A stretch of 64,000 bases of DNA from Gammaproteobacteria bacterium (GTDB lineage: Bacteria > Pseudomonadota > Gammaproteobacteria > UBA4575): the NCBI GenBank assembly GCA_965222615.1, contig CBDCUI010000008.1, forward strand, positions 1 to 64,000, given 5' to 3'. The notes under the pieces were generated by a model, which saw nothing but the letters and a program-made list of their open reading frames with translations, did no database searches and was not told where the DNA came from. This document shows, piece by piece, positions 18,195-28,435 of this stretch (position 1 is its first letter; each line of letters starts with the position of its first letter). The position numbers and the translations under genes are program-made.

Positions 18195-19229
18195 GTGCAA
18201 CTTACCTATTCATCACGTCGGAGTGTAAATATTTGGCCAGGGTTTGTCGATGCCTTAGCAGCATTATTGATGGTGATCATTTTTTTGTTACTGGTATTCA
18301 CTATTGGACAGTTTTACTTAACCGAGACGTTAACAGGAAAAGAGAAAACTCTAGTAAAATTAAATCAAGAAGTTGCTAAGTTGGCAGATTTATTGGCCCT
18401 TGAGAAAACTACTAGTACAGAGCTTCAAGATAAAGTAGGTGAGTTGACTGCACAATTATCTTCTAAAAGTAAAAATATTGAATTGCTGCAAAGCGATGTT
18501 GAGTCACTAATTGAACTACGGCAGCAATTAGAAAAGGATATCGCAAGCCTTGCGGGCAAGCTTCAAGAGAGTGATGAGAGTTTACAAGCAGAGCAAGAAA
18601 TTTCTGCAAAATCACTTGCACAGATTGAATTGCTTAATCGTCAGGTAAAAGCCTTGCGCGAACAGCTTGGCGCCGTTTCTAAGGCATTGGGTTTGGAATT
18701 GGATACAGAAAATGAAAGCATAGAGAAAATTGCTGAGCGTTTGAACGTTGCCTTAGCGGAAAAAGCACAAGAATTAGCTCGTTATCGATCTGATTTCTTT
18801 GGTCGATTACGTCAGGTTTTGGGGGATAATCCCGATATTCAAATTGTAGGAGATCGTTTTGTTTTGCAATCGGAGTTGTTGTTTGAAACTGGATCCGCTG
18901 AACTTGGCGAACGTGGTAAGTCCCAAGTAACTAAATTATCGCAAATACTGAATTCTGTAGCCGAGGAAATACCGAGTGATATTGAATGGGTAGTGCGCAT
19001 CGATGGACATACCGATCGAAGGCCGATTAGCTCACCACAATATCCTTCCAATTGGGAATTATCCACAGCACGTGCCTTGGCAATCGTTAAATTTATGATT
19101 GCCAATAAGGTGTCCGCAAGACGACTTGCTGCGACTGGGTTTGGTGAGTTCCACCCACTTGACGGAGCGGAAACGGCGCAAGCCTATGCAAAAAATAGAA
19201 GAATCGAGATTAAACTAACCGCTAGATAA
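18195..19229 (+). CDS. MotB/OmpA-domain peptidoglycan-binding partner with coiled coil
   Basis: WPGFVDAL TM with Asp, long coiled coil, IDGHTD...NWELSTARA...NRRIEI. Confidence 0.88.
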   Translation: MQLTYSSRRSVNIWPGFVDALAALLMVIIFLLLVFTIGQFYLTETLTGKEKTLVKLNQEVAKLADLLALEKTTSTELQDKVGELTAQLSSKSKNIELLQSDVESLIELRQQLEKDIASLAGKLQESDESLQAEQEISAKSLAQIELLNRQVKALREQLGAVSKALGLELDTENESIEKIAERLNVALAEKAQELARYRSDFFGRLRQVLGDNPDIQIVGDRFVLQSELLFETGSAELGERGKSQVTKLSQILNSVAEEIPSDIEWVVRIDGHTDRRPISSPQYPSNWELSTARALAIVKFMIANKVSARRLAATGFGEFHPLDGAETAQAYAKNRRIEIKLTAR

Positions 19230-19275
19230 AATGCCTTTTTGATGGTTTGAGACTTTTGCATGCAAGGCAAGAGTC

Positions 19276-19992
19276 TCAACGTAAAATTTGTAAAACATCT
19301 TTTAACATGGCTGTGACAAGTGCTTGACCTTTCTCCACAGTTGCCAAGCGTGCATCACCGTATACGCCACTGGGAGAGTAATTGACTTGATCAGGCTGTG
19401 TGCGGTTAAGTGGGCCGGTTTGTTTTTCGATAATACAAGTATCTGCCAGTTCCATCTTTACTTTTTCAGGGGCAATCGCCAGCATAATAGAGGTCTCGAT
19501 TTCATCGGCATGACTACCTCTTGCTTGTTGTTTGATGGTTTTTTCGACGTTACAAAAATGTTTGCCACTATATATATTTATTAAATGGATGTTTATTGAA
19601 CTACTTAAAGGGCTTATGACTTTTTCAAGCGGTCGTATCGTGCTGATGCCGCTGTTAAGCAAATAGATTTCCTTGGCACCACTGTCGATAATGTTCTGTA
19701 TGATTTCAACGACTACGGTTGCAAAAGTTGTCTCATTTAAACTGCAGCTGCCCGGATAATCAACAAAAGCGGGATAATACCCATAACTGATACTTGGCCA
19801 TACCACGGCATTGATTTGCTTGATCAATTGAGAAACTAACCATTCTGTTTGAATGTAATCCGTTGCCATCGGCAAATGTCTGCCGTGCTGCTTACAACTA
19901 GCCGCAATGGGAAGAATGGCAATAGCCTTATTCGCAAAAGCGACCTCTATTTCAGGCCAGGTTTGTTCGGATACACGAATACCTTGTGGCAT
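19276..19992 (-). CDS. creatininase family protein
   Basis: QHGRHLPMATD, HADEIETS, SGVYGD...ATVEKG. Confidence 0.85.
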   Translation of the reverse strand: MPQGIRVSEQTWPEIEVAFANKAIAILPIAASCKQHGRHLPMATDYIQTEWLVSQLIKQINAVVWPSISYGYYPAFVDYPGSCSLNETTFATVVVEIIQNIIDSGAKEIYLLNSGISTIRPLEKVISPLSSSINIHLINIYSGKHFCNVEKTIKQQARGSHADEIETSIMLAIAPEKVKMELADTCIIEKQTGPLNRTQPDQVNYSPSGVYGDARLATVEKGQALVTAMLKDVLQILR

Positions 19993-20081
19993 AAATCAAT
20001 CACAGTGAAATGTATACGTAGTTATTTTCTCTTAAATGTATAATCATATAGATAATTCATAATAAAAATTGAGCTTCATCA

Positions 20082-20900
20082 ATGAATATTGCTGATTATT
20101 TCCCGAAAGAAGTCTTTGCAGATCGTACGGCATTTGTTACAGGTGGTGGTAGCGGTATTAACTTAGGCATCGCGAAATGTTATGCGGCAGTTGGTGCCAA
20201 GGTAGCAATTTGTGGTCGCAATGAGGGCAAGCTTGATAATGCGAAAAGTGAGCTAGAGCAATTAGAAACTAAGGTTCATGCCGTAGTGGCTGATGTTAGA
20301 GATTTTGGTGCTTTGCAAGACGCGTGTGACGAAATACAAATTGCCTTAGGACCCATTAGCGACCTTGTTTGTGGTGCAGCGGGGAATTTTTTATGTGCGG
20401 CAAATGAGATGAGTGCAAATGCGTTTCGAACTGTAGTCGACATTGATTTAATGGGCTCATTTAATGCCGCACGTGCGGCCTTTGAACAGTTAAAAGAAAC
20501 ACAAGGTAACATCCTTATGGTGTCTGCAGGACAGGCCTATATGCCTTACTCACATCAAGCGCACGCAGGTGCAGCCAAGGCCGGTGTTGAAAGCCTAATG
20601 CAAAATTTGGCATTGGAATGGGGACCGTATGGAATACGTGTGAATAGCGTAGTACCAGGACCGATAGAAGGCACTGAAGGTGTAAAAAGACTTATTGGTG
20701 AAAAACAAAAACAAATGTTATTGCACTCCATCCCATTAAGACGATTGGGTCAAGCCGAAGAAATTGGGCAAGTAGCAGTATTTTTATCATCACCTTTATC
20801 AGCCTATGTTACTGGCACACAAGTAGTGTGTGATGGTGGAATGAATCTGGCAGGCTCTGCTTTATTTAATATGAGTGTTAAACAAGGCGAAAACAGTTAA
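20082..20900 (+). CDS. SDR oxidoreductase (2,4-dienoyl-CoA reductase-like)
   Basis: TGGGSGI, GAAGNF, HAGAAKAG, LALEWG. Confidence 0.9.
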   Translation: MNIADYFPKEVFADRTAFVTGGGSGINLGIAKCYAAVGAKVAICGRNEGKLDNAKSELEQLETKVHAVVADVRDFGALQDACDEIQIALGPISDLVCGAAGNFLCAANEMSANAFRTVVDIDLMGSFNAARAAFEQLKETQGNILMVSAGQAYMPYSHQAHAGAAKAGVESLMQNLALEWGPYGIRVNSVVPGPIEGTEGVKRLIGEKQKQMLLHSIPLRRLGQAEEIGQVAVFLSSPLSAYVTGTQVVCDGGMNLAGSALFNMSVKQGENS

Positions 20901-21046
20901 CACGAAAACTTTTATCATTACCCGTGATTATCAACCGTTTAGCTCAATAAACGCGACACTCATCGTCAATAGTACTTGAGATCAACAAGTATTCCGTGTT
21001 GTATGCAGTCTTTATTGAATCTGTTAATTAGTTGAAGGCCTAAGCA

Positions 21047-21604
21047 ATGCATAGTTATCGTTTGTTTTTAATCACATTAGTTTTATTGTTTGCACCACTA
21101 TCCGTAACCTATTCTGCGGAACAAGATTTTTATCTCGGGGTTAGTGTCGGTGAAAACACTATAGAAGAGGACAGTGTATTATTCGGCGATGATTTTGAGG
21201 ATGAAGACACAGGTTTTAAAGCCTTTGGCGGTTATCAATTTCACAGAAATTTTGCCGTAGAAGCCAACTACACAGTGTTTGGTGATACCGAAGATAATAT
21301 TGCAGGTATCAATACGGAAATCGAATTTGAAACGATAGGGTTGAATTTAGTCGGGATAGCGCCGATTGCTGATCGTTTTGATCTATTTGGCAAAATCGGT
21401 GTTGCCTATTGGGATGCGAAAGTTAAGGTAGAAGGTTTTGGTTCGGATGATGAAGACGGCGCAGACTTTTCATTTGGTTTGGGGGCGCGTTTTAACTTTA
21501 ATGAAAAAGTTTCTGTACGAGGAGAATGGGAAAGTATTGATGTCGACGACTTAGATACTGCAGATTACTTCTCTATGGGAATAGAATTTCATTTTTCAAT
21601 TTAA
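21047..21604 (+). CDS. outer-membrane beta-barrel (OmpA-TM-like) protein
   Basis: Signal peptide, GGYQF..NFAVEANY, FGLGARFNF, aromatic C-terminus. Confidence 0.85.
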   Translation: MHSYRLFLITLVLLFAPLSVTYSAEQDFYLGVSVGENTIEEDSVLFGDDFEDEDTGFKAFGGYQFHRNFAVEANYTVFGDTEDNIAGINTEIEFETIGLNLVGIAPIADRFDLFGKIGVAYWDAKVKVEGFGSDDEDGADFSFGLGARFNFNEKVSVRGEWESIDVDDLDTADYFSMGIEFHFSI

Positions 21605-21628
21605 ATAGTTTTTCTGCTGAGCATAACT

Positions 21629-21652
21629 AAAGCCCATAATGTTGTGGGCTTT
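21629..21652. terminator. bidirectional terminator
   Basis: AAAGCCCATAA..TTGTGGGCTTT between convergent genes. Confidence 0.7.
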
Positions 21653-22706
21653 ATCTTAAAAATTTTCCTATTGAATCAGGATGGTACTCTTCTTCAAACA
21701 TTGCCCAGATGGCGAGAAAGAAAGAGGCGATAATTGGACCAATCACAAAGCCCGATAATCCAAAAATAGCTATGCCACCCAGTGTACTAAGTAAAATTAA
21801 GTAATCCGGCATTTTGGTGTCGCGACCAATTAAGATGGGTCGTAATACATTATCGATCATACCAATAAACACAGCGCCGACGATTAATAATATAATTCCT
21901 TTAACCCAGTCTCCATTAGCCAGAAAGATTATTGCCGCAGGCCCCCACACAATAGCTGAACCGACTGCAGGTAATATCGATAGACCTATCATTACCACGC
22001 CCCAAAAAACCGCTGACTCAATTCCTAGCAGCGCAAACATTATGCCTCCTAAAGTGCCTTGGATTACTCCAACTACCAATGTACCTTTAATGGTTGCTCG
22101 TGACACTTCAGCAAATTTTGATAATAGATGTCGCTCGGCTTCATCGCCAATCGGTAACACACGAATAATTAGTGCTACCAGTTTTTCGCCGTCTTTTAGG
22201 AAAAAAAACAGCATATATAACATTAATAAAAATAACACAGTGAAGGTTAAGGTATTTTGACCAATGTTAAGTAAATTGGTCGCAATGAACTGACTGGCAT
22301 TTAATGCTGTATCCGAAAAACCTTCTTTTAATTTTTCAAAGTCGATACCAATTTTTGCAAGCAGCTCGCTGACTATAGGTAGGCTCTGTTGCACCCAGGC
22401 AATAGGTTTTGAAAAGTCATACTCGCCTTCACGTATGTCATTATATAGCTCCGCACCTTCATTTATTACGGCAACCGAAAGCATTATTGTTGGTACTACA
22501 ACAACAATAAGAATCAACAACAAGGTTAAAAATGAACTCAGTGATGATCGGCCTTTAAAACGTTTAAGTAGAAATTTATATACAGGTGTGAATAAGACAG
22601 CAAAGGTAATTGCCCATATTATCGGTTCAAAAAACGGCCTTAATAAAAAAATAAAGCCAATACTTGCGGCTACTAAAAGTGTAAAAAAGAAAATATGCTT
22701 TATCAC
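21651..22706 (-). CDS. AI-2E family transporter
   Basis: FFFLKDG, DNVLRPIL, LGGIAIFGLSGFVIGP. Confidence 0.92.
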   Translation of the reverse strand: MIKHIFFFTLLVAASIGFIFLLRPFFEPIIWAITFAVLFTPVYKFLLKRFKGRSSLSSFLTLLLILIVVVVPTIMLSVAVINEGAELYNDIREGEYDFSKPIAWVQQSLPIVSELLAKIGIDFEKLKEGFSDTALNASQFIATNLLNIGQNTLTFTVLFLLMLYMLFFFLKDGEKLVALIIRVLPIGDEAERHLLSKFAEVSRATIKGTLVVGVIQGTLGGIMFALLGIESAVFWGVVMIGLSILPAVGSAIVWGPAAIIFLANGDWVKGIILLIVGAVFIGMIDNVLRPILIGRDTKMPDYLILLSTLGGIAIFGLSGFVIGPIIASFFLAIWAMFEEEYHPDSIGKFLR

Positions 22707-22717
22707 GGCTGCTATTA

Positions 22718-25700
22718 CTAAACTGTAGTGCTGATATTTTTCAACGGTATTTGTTTTTGATTACCTAATTGTAAAAGGCTGGGTAACAATATTAAGGTAA
22801 AAACTGTACTGACTAACATGCCGCCAACGATTACAGCAGCAAGACCTTTATAGAGTTCTGAACCTGCGCCAGGAATGACTAATAAAGGCAACATGCCGAA
22901 GATACTGGTTAGGGTGCTCATCAAAATTGGTCGTAAGCGTATACGTACAGATTCTCTTACTGCTTCACTACGTGTTTTACCGCCACGTTCAGCAGTGCGG
23001 GCTTGGTGAACTAGTAGTATTGCATTGTTAACTACCAAGCCTAATAAAATAATGAAGCCTAGCATAGTTAATAGATCAGCTGGTAACCCTAATAATTGCA
23101 GCATCAATACACCACCTACAGTTGCTAGAGGTAAGGCGAGCACAACCAGAATGCTGTCAATAAAAGACCGAAACAGAGCGCTAATCAATAAATAAAGGAT
23201 AATTACAGCGAGTAGAAAACTATTTCTAAAGTTTTGTATGGCGGTATTTAATTTATCTGCTGAGCCACTGATGCGTATTTCACCATCTTCAGCAAGTTCA
23301 CTTTCCACCAAAGGAACAATTTCTTGTCGCACTTTCTCTATGGCAACTTCGAGTGGCATATCTTGAGGAGGTCTTAACTCTAAGGTGATTGTACGACGTC
23401 GATCTAATCGACGTATTACATCAGGGCCTGCTGTTCTTTTGAGATCAACCAGTTCTGCTACCGGTAAAGTGCCACCGTTTGGAGTATATAAAGGTATCGC
23501 AGCTAACTGCTCAGGTGTATCCCAGGTTTCGACACGCGCAATAATATCTAATTGTTTCTCCCCATCAAAATATTCACCTACAAATAATCCCTGCCCCAAT
23601 AGTCTAGTAATGTTAGCCATAGTGGTTCGATCCCAACCCGATTCTACTAACCGATCTTCATTTGGGGTTAGTTGCAATTCCGGTTCGGCTAATTGTATAC
23701 CTGGTTTAGGTATTGCACGTGCACCGCTGAATACGGTAGGAATTTTAAAAAAGCCAATTTGAGCGGCTCGCAATAGATTTTCTATATTATTGCCTTGAAT
23801 ATTAATATCAATTTCTGTGCGACCACCTACACCGCTGAATAGAGAGGCCTTTTGGACACTGGCAAAAGTGTCTGGAAATCCATTTACCACATTAGCTACT
23901 ACGTCTAATACTTTATCTACTTCATTTTTGTTTGTGTTTTCAGCACGTGCGCCCAAAAAAATTGAGCCTGCACTTGCCACAAAAAAGTAGTGTTTAATTT
24001 TTGGAGATTTGTTTCCATCGATGTAAGGTTGCATACGTTCTGCTATTACCTTTCCCATTTCATTTTCAATATGCTCTATATTGACTCCAGGTGGAGGGAT
24101 TACTATACCAAATACTAGATTACGATTTCCTCCTGGCAAATAATCCGTTTCAGGAAAAGATAGGCTTGTAATAATAATAGAGCCCGCAATTAAACTAATA
24201 ATCCATAGCCAACGTAACGGCGCTGTGTGGGTAACTTTCATGATGTAAGAAGTGATACGGTCCCACCACTGAGTATGTTGATCTTGTAATGCTAAGTTTG
24301 CGGTAAATTTCAGCATTGCAGTAGGAATGACAGTACTTGCCACAACAAGTGAAGTTGCAATGGCTGCAGATATTGCAATGGCAAGATCTGCAAACAGTTG
24401 TCCACTTTGATCTTTAATAAAGATTACCGGTAAAAAGATCGCTACAGTCGTTAAGGTAGAAGCCAATAATGCCGGCCAGACTTGTGTGGTCCCTTTCAAG
24501 GCCGCTTGTAAAGGAGGTAATCCTTGCTCGCGCATACGTACAATATTTTCCAACACAATAATTGCTGCATCCATGACCATACCTACCGCAAATGCCATGC
24601 CAGCAAGAGAAATTACATTCATCGAGCGTCCAGTTATATTCATTACAATAAAGGCCATGAATAAACAAAGTGGAATCGTTATGGTTACAATTAAAGTGGC
24701 ACGCAGTTTTCTTAAAAACCACCATAAAATCCCGACGGCTAATAACACTCCTAGTCCTAGATTATTGCGTAATAATTCAATTGCACTATTGATATATATG
24801 GTTTCATCATAGACTTGTTCCATATTAAGATTGGCTCTTTGCAAAGGGCCTTCTTTGATCTCTTGAGTTGCTTGGCGTAAATCACTCATAATTTTCAGTA
24901 CATTTACACCAGCTTCACGATAGGCATTGACAGCAATGGATTGCTCGCCGTTATTGATTACAAAGTTATAACGGTCTACAGGCCGAACTTCTATGTTTGC
25001 AACATCTCGTAATGCAATGGGTTTACCATCACGCCATTCTAAAACTAGCTCACTAAGATCTTTGGGGTTGAGGGTGCCGATATAGCGTAGTGAATAACTG
25101 CGCTTTCCTACATTCGCAGTACCACCAGAAGTATCCTCATTGCCACCAGCAAGTAACGCTGCCTTGGGTAGATCTATACCAAGCCCAGCTGCTTTATAAG
25201 GATCTATGGTGATACGAACTTCATGTTCATGGCCGCCGCGCACTTCAGAAAGTGCAACTCCAGTAATGCGTTCAAATCGAGTTTGAATGACTTCTTCTAC
25301 AAAATCTCGGTAACTTTCGATAGAACGCGGATTATCATCGTTGGTCTTGATAATAAACCAGGCAATGGGTCGTGCTCGATCACCTGCAGTTTTTAATAGA
25401 GGCTCATCTGCATCTTCTGGAAAATTGCGAATTTGATTAAGGCGGTTGATAACCTCGATTAATGCACGATTTAAATCGTAATCCACTTCAAATTGAATTC
25501 TGATTTTTCCTCGACCTCTACTAGCAGTAGAAACTAATTGCGTCATACCAGGTAATCCACGCAATTGTTTTTCTTGAGGCTCGATGATTTCCGATTCAAC
25601 TTCTTGAGGGGCAGCCGCACGCCAATTGGTCGTGATTACAATTACAGGTCTTTCAATTTCTGGTGTGAGCTGGATGGGAAGACGCGTAAGTGCAATGATT

Positions 25701-25774
25701 CCAAATAGTGCTACTAACAAACAACCTGATAAAGTTGCAACTGGATTGTCTAATGCTTGCTTAATAAAATTCAT
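22718..25774 (-). CDS. RND efflux permease (AcrB/AcrD/AcrF family)
   Basis: 1018 aa, GMVMDAAIIVLENI, VNNAILLV, RLRPILMST. Confidence 0.95.
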   Translation of the reverse strand: MNFIKQALDNPVATLSGCLLVALFGIIALTRLPIQLTPEIERPVIVITTNWRAAAPQEVESEIIEPQEKQLRGLPGMTQLVSTASRGRGKIRIQFEVDYDLNRALIEVINRLNQIRNFPEDADEPLLKTAGDRARPIAWFIIKTNDDNPRSIESYRDFVEEVIQTRFERITGVALSEVRGGHEHEVRITIDPYKAAGLGIDLPKAALLAGGNEDTSGGTANVGKRSYSLRYIGTLNPKDLSELVLEWRDGKPIALRDVANIEVRPVDRYNFVINNGEQSIAVNAYREAGVNVLKIMSDLRQATQEIKEGPLQRANLNMEQVYDETIYINSAIELLRNNLGLGVLLAVGILWWFLRKLRATLIVTITIPLCLFMAFIVMNITGRSMNVISLAGMAFAVGMVMDAAIIVLENIVRMREQGLPPLQAALKGTTQVWPALLASTLTTVAIFLPVIFIKDQSGQLFADLAIAISAAIATSLVVASTVIPTAMLKFTANLALQDQHTQWWDRITSYIMKVTHTAPLRWLWIISLIAGSIIITSLSFPETDYLPGGNRNLVFGIVIPPPGVNIEHIENEMGKVIAERMQPYIDGNKSPKIKHYFFVASAGSIFLGARAENTNKNEVDKVLDVVANVVNGFPDTFASVQKASLFSGVGGRTEIDINIQGNNIENLLRAAQIGFFKIPTVFSGARAIPKPGIQLAEPELQLTPNEDRLVESGWDRTTMANITRLLGQGLFVGEYFDGEKQLDIIARVETWDTPEQLAAIPLYTPNGGTLPVAELVDLKRTAGPDVIRRLDRRRTITLELRPPQDMPLEVAIEKVRQEIVPLVESELAEDGEIRISGSADKLNTAIQNFRNSFLLAVIILYLLISALFRSFIDSILVVLALPLATVGGVLMLQLLGLPADLLTMLGFIILLGLVVNNAILLVHQARTAERGGKTRSEAVRESVRIRLRPILMSTLTSIFGMLPLLVIPGAGSELYKGLAAVIVGGMLVSTVFTLILLPSLLQLGNQKQIPLKNISTTV

Positions 25775-26823
25775 GAGCCCGCTTGTAGCGGTTTAACCGT
25801 AACAGTCACGCCTGGTCGAAGATTTTCACCACCACGTGTGACGACCATGTCATTTGCTTGTATTGCACCAAGCACTTCAATATTTTCAATATCGGCTATT
25901 CCTGTTTCTACATTGACTCTTTCAGCTATTGACTCATCGTTAATTCGATAGACAAATATTCCCTCTCTACGTAACACTAAAGCATCTCTTGGCACGAGAA
26001 TGACTTCACGTGCATGAGCTGTGGGGATAGCAATACGTAATAAATTTCCTGCACTCAAAGAAGAGTCCGTTACAGAAACGCGTAATTCATACAAACGTGA
26101 AACATCACCTCCAACCGGCACTAAAGCACGAACTTTACCTTCACCTTTGGAGGCTCCATTTGTATAAGTTAAAGGGCTGCCTATGGTAACAAATTGCAAG
26201 GCGCTTGCAGGAATATGAGTTTGTATTTCTAAATTGTTGGCACTAACTAAACGCACAATGGTAGTTCCTTCATCTGCCCATTCTCCAGTTTGTAATAAAC
26301 GCTCGGATATCACACCATCAAAAGGTGCCAAGATATGAGTGCGTTTTAAACGTTCTTGAGCTTGTGCTAGACGAGCTTTTGCAGAAGCAATATTACTTCT
26401 TGCAACGGCTTGATTTGAGATTGCCTCATCAAGTTGATTTTGAGCAACGTTATTACTCGATAACAATTTTTTAAAACGTTTAACTTCTTTGCTGTGTAAA
26501 TTAAATTTGGCTTTCTCGCTTTGGATTGTGGCACGTTCTTCAATAACTTGTTGTTCGATGAATACATCATCCAGTTTGGCAACTGGGTCTGCTTTTTTTA
26601 TCTCATCTCCAACTTCGGCAACCCAAGTTACACGTCCAGATATTTCACCAGCTAAATTTGCATCATCACGGCTAATTACCGTCGCACTATACATTGCGGT
26701 CGGGGCGATATTTTTTTTCACCGCTGGTTGTGCAACTACAAATGTAGGTGGAGGAGTTTTTTTGTCTTCTGCATGTAGTACAGAAATGAAGGAAATTATT
26801 AGTGTCACTGCTAAACGTTTCAT
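25771..26823 (-). CDS. RND periplasmic adaptor (membrane fusion protein)
   Basis: ILAPFDGVI, VPRDALV, VETG. Overlaps the RND start. Confidence 0.93.
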   Translation of the reverse strand: MKRLAVTLIISFISVLHAEDKKTPPPTFVVAQPAVKKNIAPTAMYSATVISRDDANLAGEISGRVTWVAEVGDEIKKADPVAKLDDVFIEQQVIEERATIQSEKAKFNLHSKEVKRFKKLLSSNNVAQNQLDEAISNQAVARSNIASAKARLAQAQERLKRTHILAPFDGVISERLLQTGEWADEGTTIVRLVSANNLEIQTHIPASALQFVTIGSPLTYTNGASKGEGKVRALVPVGGDVSRLYELRVSVTDSSLSAGNLLRIAIPTAHAREVILVPRDALVLRREGIFVYRINDESIAERVNVETGIADIENIEVLGAIQANDMVVTRGGENLRPGVTVTVKPLQAGS

Positions 26824-27073
26824 GACATGGATTGTATATGAAGAAATACATCAATTTCAGTGCTGAAACCGAAAGGTTGCAGTATTAATTGTAAGGTTAT
26901 ATGCACCGTAATTAATAATGAACCAATCTTTAAAGGATAACTTTTTATGTGGTATGGAATGGCTGGAGATTGAGCGATTTTATGGAAAAACTATACATTC
27001 AACTATGCAGAATAAGTATTTTATTGCTTAGAAATCAGATAGATAAAAATTTTTTAGTTATTTTCTACATAAT

Positions 27074-27100
27074 GAACTTTGCAGTTATTATCGAGTACTT
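27074..27100 (+). promoter_or_regulatory. candidate ECF autoregulatory promoter GAACT-N16-GTACTT
   Basis: Resembles GAACC-N16-RCACYA motifs at 31171-31197(-) and 33431-33457(-). Confidence 0.35.
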
Positions 27101-27143
27101 ACTCCATAGCAATAGTCTTACAGGGGGTGGTTGAGTAAAATTT

Positions 27144-27764
27144 ATGGAGTGTGTACATAACCAAAATATGTCTGTGCCAGCTTCTACAACCTATACGCAG
27201 TCAGCTATGCAGGACGTAAAATTTGCTGATGCGAATGAGCGTCGTTTGCTTGCTCGTATTGCCGATTTACAAGATATGCGTGCACTGGAGCAACTATACG
27301 TGCTTTATACACCGAGGCTTTCACAATTTTTGCAACGTTTAACATCGGATCCTCAACATATTGAAGAGGTTTGTAATGATGTAATGATGGCAGTGTGGAA
27401 GCAGGCAAAAAATTTTAATGGCAAATCAAAAGTATCAACTTGGATATTTAGTATTGCCTACCGTATCTGTATTAAAGTCCTGCGAAAATCATCTTGGCGA
27501 CCAGAAGTTGGTGGTGAGGAATACGAAAAACTAAGTGCTACTTGGATAGATGAGACAGTTGCTATCGATGATAACAAAGATCTAATTGCCTTAGCACTGA
27601 ATAAGTTATCTCCAAAACACAGAATGGTAGTTGAATTAAGTTATTTTTTAGATCGTTCGTATGAAGAGATTGCTGAAATTGTGAATTGTCCGGTTAACAC
27701 AGTTAAAACCCGTATGTTTCATGCGCGACGTCAGCTTCGAGATATAGTCAATAGTTTGAGTTAA
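27144..27764 (+). CDS. ECF RNA polymerase sigma factor
   Basis: Region 2 (FNGKSKVSTWIFSIAYR) and region 4 (SYEEIAEIVNCPVNTVKTRMFHAR). Confidence 0.95.
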   Translation: MECVHNQNMSVPASTTYTQSAMQDVKFADANERRLLARIADLQDMRALEQLYVLYTPRLSQFLQRLTSDPQHIEEVCNDVMMAVWKQAKNFNGKSKVSTWIFSIAYRICIKVLRKSSWRPEVGGEEYEKLSATWIDETVAIDDNKDLIALALNKLSPKHRMVVELSYFLDRSYEEIAEIVNCPVNTVKTRMFHARRQLRDIVNSLS

Positions 27765-27769
27765 AAGTC

Positions 27770-28435
27770 ATGAGCCAAGTTAGCAATGAAACAAGATTTG
27801 AAGAACTGTTAGTTCCATATGTACAGAATCGTCTCAATACATCAGAACGTCAGTTTGTTGAAGAGCTCGCAAAAAGTGATCGTGAACTTAACGAAAAACT
27901 ACAATTTGAAATACAATTGGCAAACCACGTTCAGCAATCCAAATCAGAATTTAAGGAAATCATGCCATCTTTTCATGAGTTGAAACAGCAAATTGAAGTA
28001 TCTAATCGAAGCGATAATTGGTGGAATATATTTTCTAGGAATAGTGAAAGTTCTTTGCACGGGTTCAACCCTAGTCTTGTATTGGCTTCACTTGCCGTAA
28101 TTTGTGTTGGGATCTATATGCTGTTTTTGCAAGACAGGAATCAGTTTTTAGAAGATAACTACGAAACATTATCTAGTGATGAAACTAAAATTGCTTACCA
28201 GCACGATAGGAATTATTTTCGCGTTATTATTGCTACAGGGATTACAAAACCCGAGATACAAATCATATCTGACAAATTTGTATTCGATATCGAGTTTGGT
28301 CCCGATAGCTTGAATTCTTATGTTATTAGCTTGGCAAAAGACGATTCGCGATCGACAGATGCCTTACAAAGACTTCGTGATGATTCTCGTTTTCTAATGA
28401 TTGAGCCCTTGGCACAAACAAGTACAGAAAATTAA
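27770..28435 (+). CDS. putative membrane anti-sigma factor
   Basis: Follows the sigma gene. N-terminal ELLVPYV..RL...ER..VE (ASD-like, lacking HxxxC), single TM, C-terminal extracytoplasmic domain. Confidence 0.75.
   Translation: MSQVSNETRFEELLVPYVQNRLNTSERQFVEELAKSDRELNEKLQFEIQLANHVQQSKSEFKEIMPSFHELKQQIEVSNRSDNWWNIFSRNSESSLHGFNPSLVLASLAVICVGIYMLFLQDRNQFLEDNYETLSSDETKIAYQHDRNYFRVIIATGITKPEIQIISDKFVFDIEFGPDSLNSYVISLAKDDSRSTDALQRLRDDSRFLMIEPLAQTSTEN

Noticed and set aside
17212-19229. Zorya anti-phage system
   Set aside because: No ZorC/D/E neighbours, and the MotA-like protein lacks a very long cytoplasmic tail.
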